Positions 1 through 12,400 of a DNA stretch of 64,000 nucleotides are shown here, in pieces. Position 1 is the stretch's first letter; every line of letters begins with the position of its first letter. Source of the DNA: Amoebophrya sp. A120 (lineage: Eukaryota > Protista > Dinoflagellata); assembly GCA_905178155.1 (NCBI GenBank), contig CAJINV010000007.1, positions 3,267,151-3,331,150 on the forward strand, in the 5' to 3' direction. The notes under the pieces are model-generated. The model did not search any database. It saw nothing but the letters and a program-made list of their open reading frames with translations, and was not told the DNA's origin. The position numbers and the translations under genes are program-made.

Positions 1-316
1 GTCATAGTCATACGAGTCATGTCGTATACTTAGAAACACAACTATGATTCACCCGGAGAGACGCTGTGTTGTAGTGAAAATGGGGGACACACAGTGGATG
101 TCGAGCTGAATGAAGGGTCGCATAATTTCGGAGACAGTCTAGTTGTTGAAGACAGTCTCGCTCCAAACGGGCGAACGATTTAACATTCAGCACCCATCCG
201 AAAGCAAGTTGTGCAACCGATATACCCACCCCAAACAGAAACTTTACTGTACTGCTTTTCGTCCTTCTTTCGAATCCATCACAGTTTCCTCTCGCGCTCC
301 AGAAATAAACAACAAG

Positions 317-2191
317 ATGGCGACTGAGGAGGCTCCCGTGAAGATCAGCCCCAAGTACGTGATTAAGCCGGCGAAAGACGTCGAGCCAGCCGAGGTGTTT
401 TGCTGCAAATTTTCCCCGGACGACCAGAACCTGGCGGTGTCCTACGCCGATGGCACCATCCGGGTTTTCAACGCGGAAACGGGCAGTGAGGAATTCACGC
501 TGAACAACCGGAAAGAGGAAGAATTCGCGAGCGAAGACGGCGGCGAGGGGGAGGATGACGCGCTTATACGGGCGTACTTTCTAAAATTGCATCATTGTTG
601 CTCCTCGTCGACCTGTGTACCGTCGCATTGCTGTGTGCACGAAAAAATGAATGTCATGAGGAAAAAGTATAAGCATGAACATGATCTCCATAGTATGGGA
701 CAAAGTCTACTATTTCTCAAAAATCACTATCAGGATGAAGCCCCCATGCTTCCCAACCACCCAAGTGCGATGGCGGCCATCCGGGTCGGAAAGTCGAACG
801 AAAAATGTGTTGATCTCGGTGAACGCAGAAAACGACGGCGAAGTGCAGCACTGGCACATAAAGAGCGGAAAGTGCCTGCACACAATCGAAGAGAAGGGTA
901 GAAAAACTTTCAAAATACTTGTTTCGCACAGTACGAATATAGAAAATCTCGATCAACAGGATCTTTTCGAATAGCATATCTGCATGATGCTACGTTTTCA
1001 AATAAAGAAAGATCCGTATCATGATCGCAAACGACTGTCCACACCAGATAACCAAATCTTCTGCCTGGACTACTATCACACGGGCGCGCTTTTCGCCACC
1101 GCTGGAAGGGACTACAAGGTTCGCGTGTACGACGAGGCCACGAAGCGGCTAACGACCACGCTGGAGGGCGGAGATTTCCAGAAAACCGCCGGACACTCAA
1201 ATCGAGTCTTCAGTGTAAAGTTCCATCCGTCAAACCCAAATCTCATCGTGTCAGCGGGATGGGACAACACGGTATGCAAACAGTTTGGGGCTTGATTTGC
1301 ACCACGCTTGACCCATGGATGCATGGAGATCCATCTTGTACTTGCGTGATGAGTTATCAGATTCGAATTTGCATCAGTTGGCGTTTCAGTTCAAGATCTC
1401 CACACAACTAAAATAAAGGTCCAAGTCTGGGACACGCGGAAAGGGCAAAGTATTCGGAGTATCTACGGGGCCTACATTTGCGGGGACGCTGTGGATTTGA
1501 ATCACGACGGGTCGGAAATTTTGACGGCTTCCTACAGAACAACGGTACAGAGAAGTTTTTTCGTTCTAGTCTTTCGGTTTTCTTTGCAGGTCGAAGAACA
1601 CACGACATCATAGTGCAGTGGTTTACAGTGACCATGGAAAACAAGAAAGACCAGTAAAAGTCTACTGTATCTAGCATCTGTAGCGCACATCACCTGTACT
1701 GCATCTGCTTTGCTGCATCACGGAACAAAGTTTACTCCAACAACCTCAGGATACGCTTCAAGTGTGGGACTTCGGCACGGGTAGCTTGAAGCAGACCATT
1801 CCGTGGCGACCACCAGGCCATCTGAGTAGCGCCGAGTGCATGGCGTTCGCAGCGCAATACTCGCAGCCGGACTCAAGGTATCAGACCTCTAATATCTAAC
1901 GTTGTTTCTTGGGTGTACAGAATTTCTTATTGCATTTTATGGCATCTCTCTTGCCGAGCTTGCAACAGCTTCTGGCTTTGACATGTCTCACCGAACGACA
2001 GGTACATCGTCGCGGGTGGGTCGCAAAACAACGAGGCAAAGGTGTTTGACGCCAAGACCTACAACTGCTTGGGCGTCGTGTCGACACCTAAGCCGGTGTT
2101 CACTGTGGATTTCAACTCCAAGTGCAACGCGTTCGTGATCGGATCCGCAGACGGCTGCGTGCGCGTGCTCAACATGCCCAAGTTTCACTGA
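317..2191 (+). CDS. WD40-repeat protein, 6 exons (317-573, 734-897, 1048-1271, 1419-1544, 1750-1877, 2002-2191)
   Basis: Joining at five canonical GT-AG introns gives one open frame with WD40 signatures (FCCKFSPD...DGTIRVFN; GHSNRVFSVKFHP...SAGWDNTVQVWD; DTLQVWD; GSADGCVRV), ending in TGA at 2189-2191. Confidence 0.88.
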
Positions 2192-3125
2192 GCAAGTTCT
2201 TGCTGAGAATAAGCATAATTTCTCTCATGATCTCGCAGTTCTTCGCTGATACTGTAAGTACTTACCTCCTTGCACCCGTGTAAGAAAGAGAAAGAATCAA
2301 AAGCTCTATTGTTCCCGGCGACAGTGACCGGAACCTGACGATGAAAATAGCGACTCTTTAGAATTGCTACCTTCGAGAATGAAACCCACTTGTACTTGGA
2401 GTACGACGAGAAAAGTTATCTTACTAGTAGAATGTTGATCTTGATGCATCAACTTGAACGTTTTTGCGCAGGTTTTTCTTGAAAAAACGAGTACCAAGGT
2501 GGCACACGAGAAACCTTGACAACGCGAGCAAAGATTCTGAATAGAAACAGAATATGCGGAGTTGCTCCCGAAAAGCTTCAGAATACATCATGGCTACCAT
2601 CGATAGGAACAAAACTGATCTGGTTTCCTCCGTGAAAAATCAATCCCACACATCAAAGCTGTCGCTTTTGTTCGGGAGTACGTTCGAGTATTGCATTTCG
2701 GCTCACGCCCTTGTGCCTACTCATTTTCGCTTGCGTCGTTGTGTTTTTCGGTTGGCTAAATCGCTCGTCTGATAGAAGAAATCGCTTCTGGCGAGCCAGT
2801 AGTTTGCGAGGGACAGGAACTGGTACTACTTCGCAGGAAATCGAAAAGTTTCAATTTGTCTTTATTCTTATTGTCATCTTCTTCCTTTTCCTTATCGAGA
2901 GCAATGTTGATCGATGTTTAAATTCGTAAAGTATACTTAATCTCTATTTCGCTGCATTTCGTTGTCATCTTCTATTTCGACACTGAGAATCAATCTTTTC
3001 GTGTCGTTTTTCGATGATTTCCCACTTCATATCAACGTATCGTCTTCGGAACAGCAGTGGTAGCGGGAAAATCTTTGGCGCGTGATAGATGCCGCAGCTG
3101 GGAGGCACTTGCTCCGAAAAATAGA

Positions 3126-6100
3126 ATGAAGGGTGTCGATCCAGGAGGTGAGGAACGGATAGTGATAACAGCCGCACAACAGGTTGCCACGTCCAGCCCC
3201 AGAATGATCCGCCCGCGGTGACGTCGTGAAAGGTTGATTCACCTTAGGAGCGTTGTATACAAAGCAAAACAGCAAAAGCTGGTAAAGGACCTGACGCATT
3301 GCTACGACGAACGTAGAAGAGGCCTCCAGCACCAGTGCGGCTAGTGCTGGAGCACAAGTACTGCTCTAATATCCTCCTGCAAATTTTTCCACGAGACTGC
3401 AACGCTATGCGTGGCGAACTTGCCCGTCGGCTGCTATCCCTGGAGCAGATTCTCCGGAGGTCTTTGGTCGTCGATGACAGCAATGCCTACGGCCACCCCC
3501 AGGTCAACGCGGAGGTGTCGACGGCATTGCAGCTCCGCGGTGTTTTGAAGCTACTACTCGCAAAGGTTCCACGGTACCATCACTGTACGAAAGAGGAGTT
3601 AGAGGAGCTCGCGGTCCGAGTGTCTCTGATAAGCGTGCCGACGTTGTCATGTACTTTTTACAACGACCCAGGTTGATCTGCATTAGTTTTCGGCATCGTG
3701 AGCAGTATGAAAATGAATGCGTGTTGAACTAAATTTTTGAATGCCGTTGCGCCATGTTATCTCGTCATGGCGAAGCACCCATGAAGCATGAAGATCCAAG
3801 CAAAACCAACCATACCACAGGTTTGATCCGGAAGGACAACCGAATAGAGAACGACCACTACATCCTCCTTGCTGGAAAATGCATTGGTGTCGAAGCGGGT
3901 GTGGAAGTGCTGGTGGACCAAAGTCTAACGCGGCTGTTCTCCACGGTGCAGAAGCACGGCAAGCCGGGGTACCGCGTCATACGCCCCTTAGTAGACTCGG
4001 TCGTCTTCACCAATGAGGCCACCGGGCGGCCAACCGAAGACATCGTGGTGATGTCGGACGAAACCGCGATCTTTGCCCGCGTGTCCGCCGACCTGAAATA
4101 CCAAACGGCACTCCGAGCCTTGGCGCTGAAGAAGAAAAAGGTGCGGCTTCGGCAGGACAAATTGTTCGCGAAGGACGACGAAGGGGAAGACGAGCACGAG
4201 GACGGCAAGAAACTGTCGCACGGTCCCAGATACGAAGACGAAGACTGCGAGTATTGGGATTCATATGCTGGATTTCTGCAATCGGAATTCGAAGATGATC
4301 GGTTGATCTGCCTCCTATAGCCCACATTGAATAGTTTCTACAGAAGATGATTTTTCTCTGCGCTCAGGTGCAAGCAATATTATCAGTGTTTAAATTCATC
4401 AGCAGCACCACTACGAACCCCCACCATCTGAAAAATACCCCAGGTACCTGATCGAGCACATGTCCCCCGGCACCACTTCGCAACCCCTGTCCGTTTTCCT
4501 CTCGGAGCAGCGGAGTCCGAAACAGCAGGCGGAGTACGATCCGGACCTGGAAATCATCGGCACCGGATCGGACTCCGAGGAGGAGCACGAGTTTGTGTCC
4601 AAGGAGAAGTCCGCCGAATTCAAGCCTGTGGCCTCCGAGTCCCGGGTCCGGAACGTGATCAAGCACTACAAAAAATTGAAAAACCGATTGAGCATCGCCA
4701 GTAACGAGGTGGATCGCTCCTTAATCAACAACGGGCGGAAGTGCATGCTGAAGTCCGTGGTCGAAACCTTCCGGGACGGGGACCGTGAGTTCCAGAACCG
4801 AGACGTGGAAAATTTGTTCCCCGACCACGCCGACGAGGAGGTTTTCATGCGGGAATTTTTAGACTACGCAAACAACGACGTGATACCAAGGGAAGCCCAG
4901 TACCTGCAGCCCGCGCAAGCAACGCACCTCAAATTGAGGGAGTTCTGGAGAAGGTAAGTAGTCGGCGTTCGCTTTGACTGAATGATTTGATCTATCTGGG
5001 CCTCGATGCACATGCAATTGCGGCGCAGGCGTTTTGTATGATAGACTTTATTCTTCATTTGGACCGAGTTGTACACGTCGTGCAAGAGCATTCCTACTCG
5101 AATATAGCACGACTTTGCTCCAGGTACCTCGCACAAACGAATCCCGGCGCGTCGGATATGCTGCCTTCGACCAAATCGGAACCGTTGCTGAAGATCGAAG
5201 ACAGCTCCGTGCGGAAATCAGCGACGACAAAGAATCCTTCCGCCACGCACCACGGCGACTTCCACCACCAGTCCATGACGCCGGCCCACGGCATGATGAG
5301 TTCCTCCGCCGCGACGCCGCACGGCAGCCACAATGTCCGACACAGCGCGACGAGCACGCGTGGCGGGTTCGGGCACCGGCACACGCTCTCCATCCGGACG
5401 GAGAACATGAACGGTGGTGGGTCTAGTTCCGCAGGAGCCCACAATCTTCACAACGGCGGTGGTGGTTTCGGCCACACGCCGTCGGTCCGAAACGCCAGTC
5501 ACACCCATACACCCTCGGTCCGAAATTTCGGCGGGCACAACAACAGTTCTGCCGTTGGTCATCAACCGTCGACCATGCGTCACTCGACGTCCAGTCCGCC
5601 GAATAGCTTCGGCCACAATTTATCGCTCGGGGGCAATTTCGGGGGAGGTTCGTCGCCGAGCAAGTCCGTGACGCACCAGCGGAGCACGAAGAGGATAACG
5701 GAAAGCAGCTTCGAAGACACAACGGAGGTGTTCGAGAAGCCGGACCCGGAAAGGGCGAAGGAGTTCGGCAGAATGTTAGAAAAAGCAAACGACAACACGA
5801 AGAAGGCCTTCGAGAAGAAAAACCCGAGAATGGAAAAGTATTTTCGATAAAAATAGGCGCAAGAAAATGCAGTTCGTTATTTCATTTTTTTCGGCTTTTT
5901 TTTACTTTGAAGATCATCTTCCAGTTCCATCAAAGGAAATAGGCCATAGATATAGATCGAGATCTTCCAAAACCAAAGAGACGAAACAACTAACTTCCGC
6001 TTTATGATTTTTACAGTAGCAAGACGGACCTGTACCGGCAGCGCAACGGGCAGCTTTCCGTGGAGAAGTTTCTGGAGTCCGCGCACGAACAGTTTCGGAA

Positions 6101-7829
6101 TTTGGAAGACGCCCGGAAGTCCATGCTGACCGCGATGTTTACGATAAAGTACGCGGACAAAAACACCGAACTCCTCCGCCAGGGCCAGGACTGGCAGCAA
6201 GTGCTCGCGATTGTCGGGGGGACTGTGGATGTGTTTCTCGAATTCGACCAGCAACAGTCCGACCAGCGGCCATTCAATAACTACATCAAGGAACAAAGTC
6301 TCACCGTCTGCAAGCACAGCAGCAACGTGTTTGTCCGCGCGGGATCGGGCATCTGGTTCGGGATGGTGGTAGACGAAGACGAAGCGGGCGGAGGATCGAA
6401 TAAAAGGCAGTTCACGGCGACCGAAATTGCGATGATGACCCAAGAGCTGGAAAGTCCGAAGGATACCGGGAAAAGGAGAAGGAGAAACGTCAGGAAAACG
6501 GAGGACGAGGTATTTGCTTCTAGTAGGGAAACATAGTCGTGGAAGATCAAGGTTTCATTGCAACACGGGAGACCCAGAGGTGCAACACGGGCATGCTTGC
6601 TTCTGTATCATTGCGTGATGAAAGTTAGTACTTGAGTACCTTGGATTTGCATTGATGACGTGAACAAACCAAAAGCTAAATTAAAACTAAATCCCATAGG
6701 TCCAAGCCAAGCCGAAACCGCCGCCAATATGCCCGGTCACCGTAATAACGCGAGAGGAAACGGTGTACGTGACTTGCCCCCGCGAAGCCTTCTCCCTCTT
6801 TCTCCGCGGGGAGGGGTTTGACAAAGTTTTCCACATGGACAGGCTCAGCTGGATCCCGTCAACCTCCGTGATACAAGAAAATCACATGAACGACATGCAG
6901 TGGACCAGATTCAAGCACGATTCATTCAGGGTATGATCATACATGAACATGATAGAAAGATACATGGATGTGCCACCTGTGGTTCTAAAATTTACAATGT
7001 TAGCTGCTTCACGACGTCAGAAAATAAAAGTGAAATGGCTGCTGTGCATGACCGAGCTTTAATAATGCAACTAATTCGTCTACGTCTATTTATTAGGACA
7101 TTCTCGCCGAGGGTATTGATGTGCGGGCGAAGTCCTACTACCAGTCGTGCAAGCCGACCCTGATGCAGTGGTTCCGGTCCGACGGCCCGTCCGCAGCGTA
7201 CAAGCACGTCCCGGCCGCAGCCATGAGGATACAGCGCGCCAAGTCGGCGGGCAACGTGAAGAATCTGAAAACGCACGTAACGCAGTCGATGATTCCGTAC
7301 ACCAGTAGGTTCCTGAACAACCGCGTGCCACCCGGCGGCGGGCCGCTGATGAGGACCAGTTGGAGCGGACCCTACATGGAGTGGCTGTGGAGCACGGGGT
7401 ATACTGTTGTAGCGATGCACAAAGTAAAGTTAAAGTAAGTAGTACAACAGAAGCAGGAGCTGGCACGAGCGGCGAGCACGAGATACTTACTCTAAAGTCC
7501 GCTGGTGATCTGGTAACCAAAGCGTATTGGACAACTGAACTAGGTAAAGAGTTTGAAAATGTAGTGCTTGAATATTTTCCGAATAAAAATGCAGGTACAA
7601 CTTCGCCCACCGGCATGTGTCCAGCCTGAAAAAAGGAGACCACCAAGCGGCGTCGCTGACGCAGCTGCTTCCCACGACGACCAGGAGAAAGCAGGCGTCG
7701 AAGTCAAAAATCGCAAAAGGCTTTCACTGGGACGCGGAAAAGGAGGTCCGAGACATGTACGTCCCCGCAGATGACAATCCCTGCGCCCCCGGACACGTCG
7801 TCACACGGAACATGGGCTACAATGCGTAA
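3126..7829 (+). CDS. Multi-exon hypothetical protein with a His/Gly/Ser-rich segment; 5' end uncertain
   Basis: ORF blocks 3335-3676, 3754-4320, 4460-4957, 4987-5850, 6060-6536, ~6700-6930, ~7100-7420 and ~7595-7829. Several junctions checked (ga|GTATTG..CCCAG|g, ag|GTAAGT..CTCCAG|g, aa|GTATTT..TTACAG|t) join in frame at GT-AG. The first exons could not be resolved. Confidence 0.6.
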
Positions 7830-9490
7830 GGTGTAGCAGATCCGATTCTGGTGCTGTGGGGGCTGAGTTGAGAAACAACAACAGAAATGCACGCAGCGAC
7901 ACTAGATGAAGCAGTGCTGCATCTACTATGTAAAATGCATCATGATGAAGAAGTTGAAGTTTGAAAGTTTCAACTCTTCACTCTCCAAAACTGCAACGAA
8001 CTGCAGCAAGAACTTCGTCAAAACGTATATCGAAGAATATGCAGAAATAACATCCAGAAATATATACTTTTAACTTCGTTTAAACTCGAATTCAAGCAGA
8101 CAGAGGGCTCGCAGTCACAGGAGGTGTGATGAGCAGTCCGACGTTCGTATCCGAAAATTCTAATTTACGTTCTGAATCAAGCAAAAAACTGATTCTCATC
8201 AGTGGCCGAATTAATTATTGTGTTTTGACTCAAGAAGCTGGGTAGCGCTAGCGGCATGAAGATGAAGGCATGCTCATGCCCTCTAGTAAAGCTCAAGGTT
8301 GAAAAATTTGAACTCGAAGTCTGGTTTGTAGATTTCTTGTACGATTGTACCGAAATTTAGTTGGAAATAGTCAGATTAAGCCGAAGCTATTTTTAACCAA
8401 ATGTACCCCGGACAGGCATGAACTACAGCTTTACTTACCTTCACGACGGACGAGAGAGAAGCCAGCAGCTTCATGCACCGTATTCGTGAAGTCGAAGTGG
8501 AGTGTGGAAGATCTCTTCAGACTCGTGTTGCAAATCAACCAGCGAGGACGATACGGAAACTACATCGGACTTAATGTTTCACTTCATGTACAATGTGAGA
8601 AAGATGATCACAGCAAATAACTTGTACAATGTAAAGGATAAAAAAACATGCAGCCGTGCGGGTCCCGGCTCACGTGTTGGCCGCGTGAACAAAAGCGCAG
8701 AGCCTACTCTAAAAAAATTTGTGAGGGCTACGTCCTGAAAAGCATGGCATTAGAAATAGCATACCAGCTTGCGTTTCTGCGTCGTTTTTGCTTCCCTTCA
8801 TGCACCACATACTTTGGGAGAGGACCACACTCACATGTTCAGTTGATGAACCGCGTCCGCTTCATAAACCTCGTACTCGAAACCGTTCAGAAAATTCTTC
8901 CCTGCAGCAATTCGTAATTTTCCTTTTCGTCCGTGCATAATCGTTTCGGTTTGAAGGAACAGAACAGCATGTTGCTTTGTCGTGTCCCTCATCAACTCGT
9001 ACTTGAAGAAACTATCGTACGAAAGTAATCGCGTTCATCTTCATCGTGCTTCTTAAGTTTTCATTAAACGTAGTATGGGCGCAGAAGTAGACGAGAAAAA
9101 AATATACGACACAGCATACGAACCGAGGCTTTTTGCATTTTCTTCAGAGTTGCTAAACCCACCTACACCTAGTATCTTTTTATGCCGCGCGCTTTCTACC
9201 CCTGCAACAATATGTATCACAACTTACTAGTTTTTGCTCTCTTTTGCATATTTTTTTACGGATTTATTGCGAAGTACTGATATCGAGTCGTTATCACCTT
9301 CTTGCACCAAAAGACTTTTTACTAGTAGTCCGACAGTCGTTTACAACGAGTATTTTTTCATTTTGATTTTCCAAAACGAATCGTGAGCACAACAAGGTAT
9401 TGAACAAGCGAAATACTGTCTAATCCCCATAATAACCAACCCGATTTCCAATACTAACACATAACGTCTCCCACGAGTGTCGTTTTCATC

Positions 9491-12400
9491 ATGACCACTT
9501 CCACCCCGGTGCCCTTTACGTTCCCCCGCCCCGCCTCGCTCGCACCAGGAGCAACTTTTGGCAAAATGCAAGAACTACCCCAGCACCAGCCTCCCATCGG
9601 CGTGGCCGCGTTGCGCGAACGGTTCGAGAACTTTAAGAACCAGAAGTTCTTTGTCCAGCCACGCCCTGCCAGCGTGTCCGGAGACGTTTCAAAGTACTAC
9701 AACCGGGATAGGAATCAAATTCAAAACGCGACCACGAGGAGCAGACCCAGTAGCATCACCAGGCAGTCGCAAAACCGGGACTTTTTCCTGCCGAGCAGCA
9801 AAAAAACCGGAAGTGTACTAGAGGAAGAAAGACAAAAAAATGCTGCATCCCCTTCAAGAAACTTGAACGAGAAGGCGAACACCAACGACGATCTGAACGA
9901 CCAGCACGGCACGGTTCTGGATAAAAGAGCTTCGCAGCACGCATGGTCCCCGGCGGTGGCGGCGCGCGAGCGGCCGACAACCAGGGGCAGACGAATGTCC
10001 CAGCACCATGATGAAATTAAACATAGCATCGTCGTGCACGACGCCCAAGATGAACAAGGTTTAGTATCGGCCCGCCCTCAGTCATTCCGGGAGTCCGCGC
10101 GGGATCAGATCCAGGGTCGCGACAGATCATCCTCTTCCTCCCTTTTTCACCACGCAGGCACGCCGCTCCCCGCGGTCAAATCAGCCGCTCTACGGAGCAG
10201 CACGGTCGATGCGGCGACTACAAATGTGCGGTTTATTTCTAGTACTGCATCGGAGCAGCATGATCAACAAACACGGGGACCACCACGACGAGGCATTCCG
10301 CCCGGCCACGAAGTACAACAGGTGCAGCGCGACGACACGCGTCGGACGATGCAGAGCAACGCCTCCTCTAGACAATTCTTCTCGGCGAAGAGCACGTCAA
10401 GTGCTCTAGGTTCTTTGTTGAATGAGGACAAAAAGAGCTACAAGGACACTAGAAGTACTTCATCTGCGATGATGAACAATAAGGGGGCGCTGATGATGGA
10501 TCTCAATTTGAACAATTTGAAGGTCATGGATCCGGATGCGTCGCCCTCGCCGTCCGGGTCGTCGAAGAACCCGCTAAGTAGTTCTTTTCGCGGCCGAACA
10601 AACGTCAGTACGGGCAGTTTGTTATTCCAGAGCACCCGAAGTTGTTCAAGCAGTACGAATAGACCGCGGTCCAGTTCCCGTCTTGGATCTCGGGACCCGA
10701 GGATGCTACTGCAACAGAACCGCACCTCGTACTCGGCTTCGCCTGTACGGGTGGTGAATCACAAAAACATAGCAGTGTTGAATGAGGAAGAGAAGAACCG
10801 GAAGAATCAGGTCAGCACCAGCATCGCAGGCTTCCTGGCAGTGGAGATGAATGGCACAACTACAATTTCTGCTGGTGGAAGAAGTGGAGGCCCTAGTACA
10901 TATGCCACGACCATTGGCCCAGGGAGGGTGCTATCGACATCAACCATGTTTGTCGGCGGCGGCGGAAGCATAAGCAACTGCAAAAATACTGCGAATTATA
11001 CCAGAGACTCTAATAGCGCTTTGTCGGTTTATTCCGTATCGCCCTCGATTTCGATGTCGCCCATTCCCGGGACTCGTCTACTGGTCACCAGCGCGGGGCT
11101 GGCTGCGAAGGCGCAGGCTGATCTCTTGCGGGAAAAAAGTGAAGCTGGGAGTGCGAAGATTGGGAGGCCGGCGGCCGAGGACTTAGATCCCTGGAAGATT
11201 TTCGACGAAGGGAGGGACGGGAAAATCTTGAACACTGTATCTGCATCGAAACAGTGGAAACTGAACGCTAGCAATATCAATATGATCCAGGAAGACCACG
11301 ACCGCAGCCCGGCTCCGAGTAAGGGAGAAAGCGTGGTGACGGCGAACGAGGCCGAGATGGACTGTGCCAAGAAACCGCCGATCGAACTCGAAGTCGAACC
11401 CGTCACGCCACCAGAAATCAAAGAAGAGAAAGATTTTGACGTGGGAGCTACTACCGTCCAGCCCGAACAACTGCAGGCGAAACTGCAGAGTGGGCACAAC
11501 ACCGCGACGGGGGACTTTTCGCACAGGAGTAGTCCCATCAAGGGAAATGATACTGACGCCAAGAACCAAGTTGTGCCCGCCTCTCGGTCCCGTTCCCGCG
11601 GCTCGGTGTTGAGTGAGAAAATACCGCCGCTGTCGCTCTCTCCGTCCCCGGCACCTCGAAATAACAAGGCGACCTTTCAGGACGAGCGCAGTTTGCAACT
11701 CAGTGTTACAACATCATCTTCACAACTTCTGCCGCATATAGTTGCTGGCCAGGAACAACATCACCTACAGCAGGTCCGTCGGCCGGCGTCCGCAAGCCCC
11801 GCGCCGCAGCCGCCGTCGCCGGCTCTGGCGCAGTTTTTGGAGGGGAGAAAGGTGAATGAGCATCATTTCACGCCGATAGAGGAGAAGATCAAGCAGGATC
11901 ACGACACAGACGTGGGCGTGGGGGCGGAGGTAGCGGACAGAATTATGTCGGGACTGGCCTTGCCGGTGGGGGCGAAGCCAGAAGATCCGGGATTGTTCAA
12001 CAACATCAACATGGTAATGCTTCCCACTTGTGTGAATAACAGCACTTTGGAACAAGCAGCTGCGACAACATCACAGCAACTCTTCCAAGACTACATGTAC
12101 CGCCCATTGCCTTACTAACTTGAAATTTGTCTGCAGCTAAAAAAATCAAAATTTTTGGTAGTGCAGTTCGTGTTCTTCTCTTCTCGCCCGGACTGCAGCC
12201 CGCTTGCGAGCGCTGCGGACTCCGTGCTGGGGAACTTGGCCGACGTGTTGCGCTCCATTCCTGCGTCATTTGCTCGAAGGTCCCGCACGAGCTTGATTTG
12301 CTACCTCCACACGGAAATGCGGCAACAGGTAGGGGCCTCCGACTGCCATTTTTCGGGTAAGTTTCGCACCTAAGATAACAACATGACGCGAGCCTCCGAG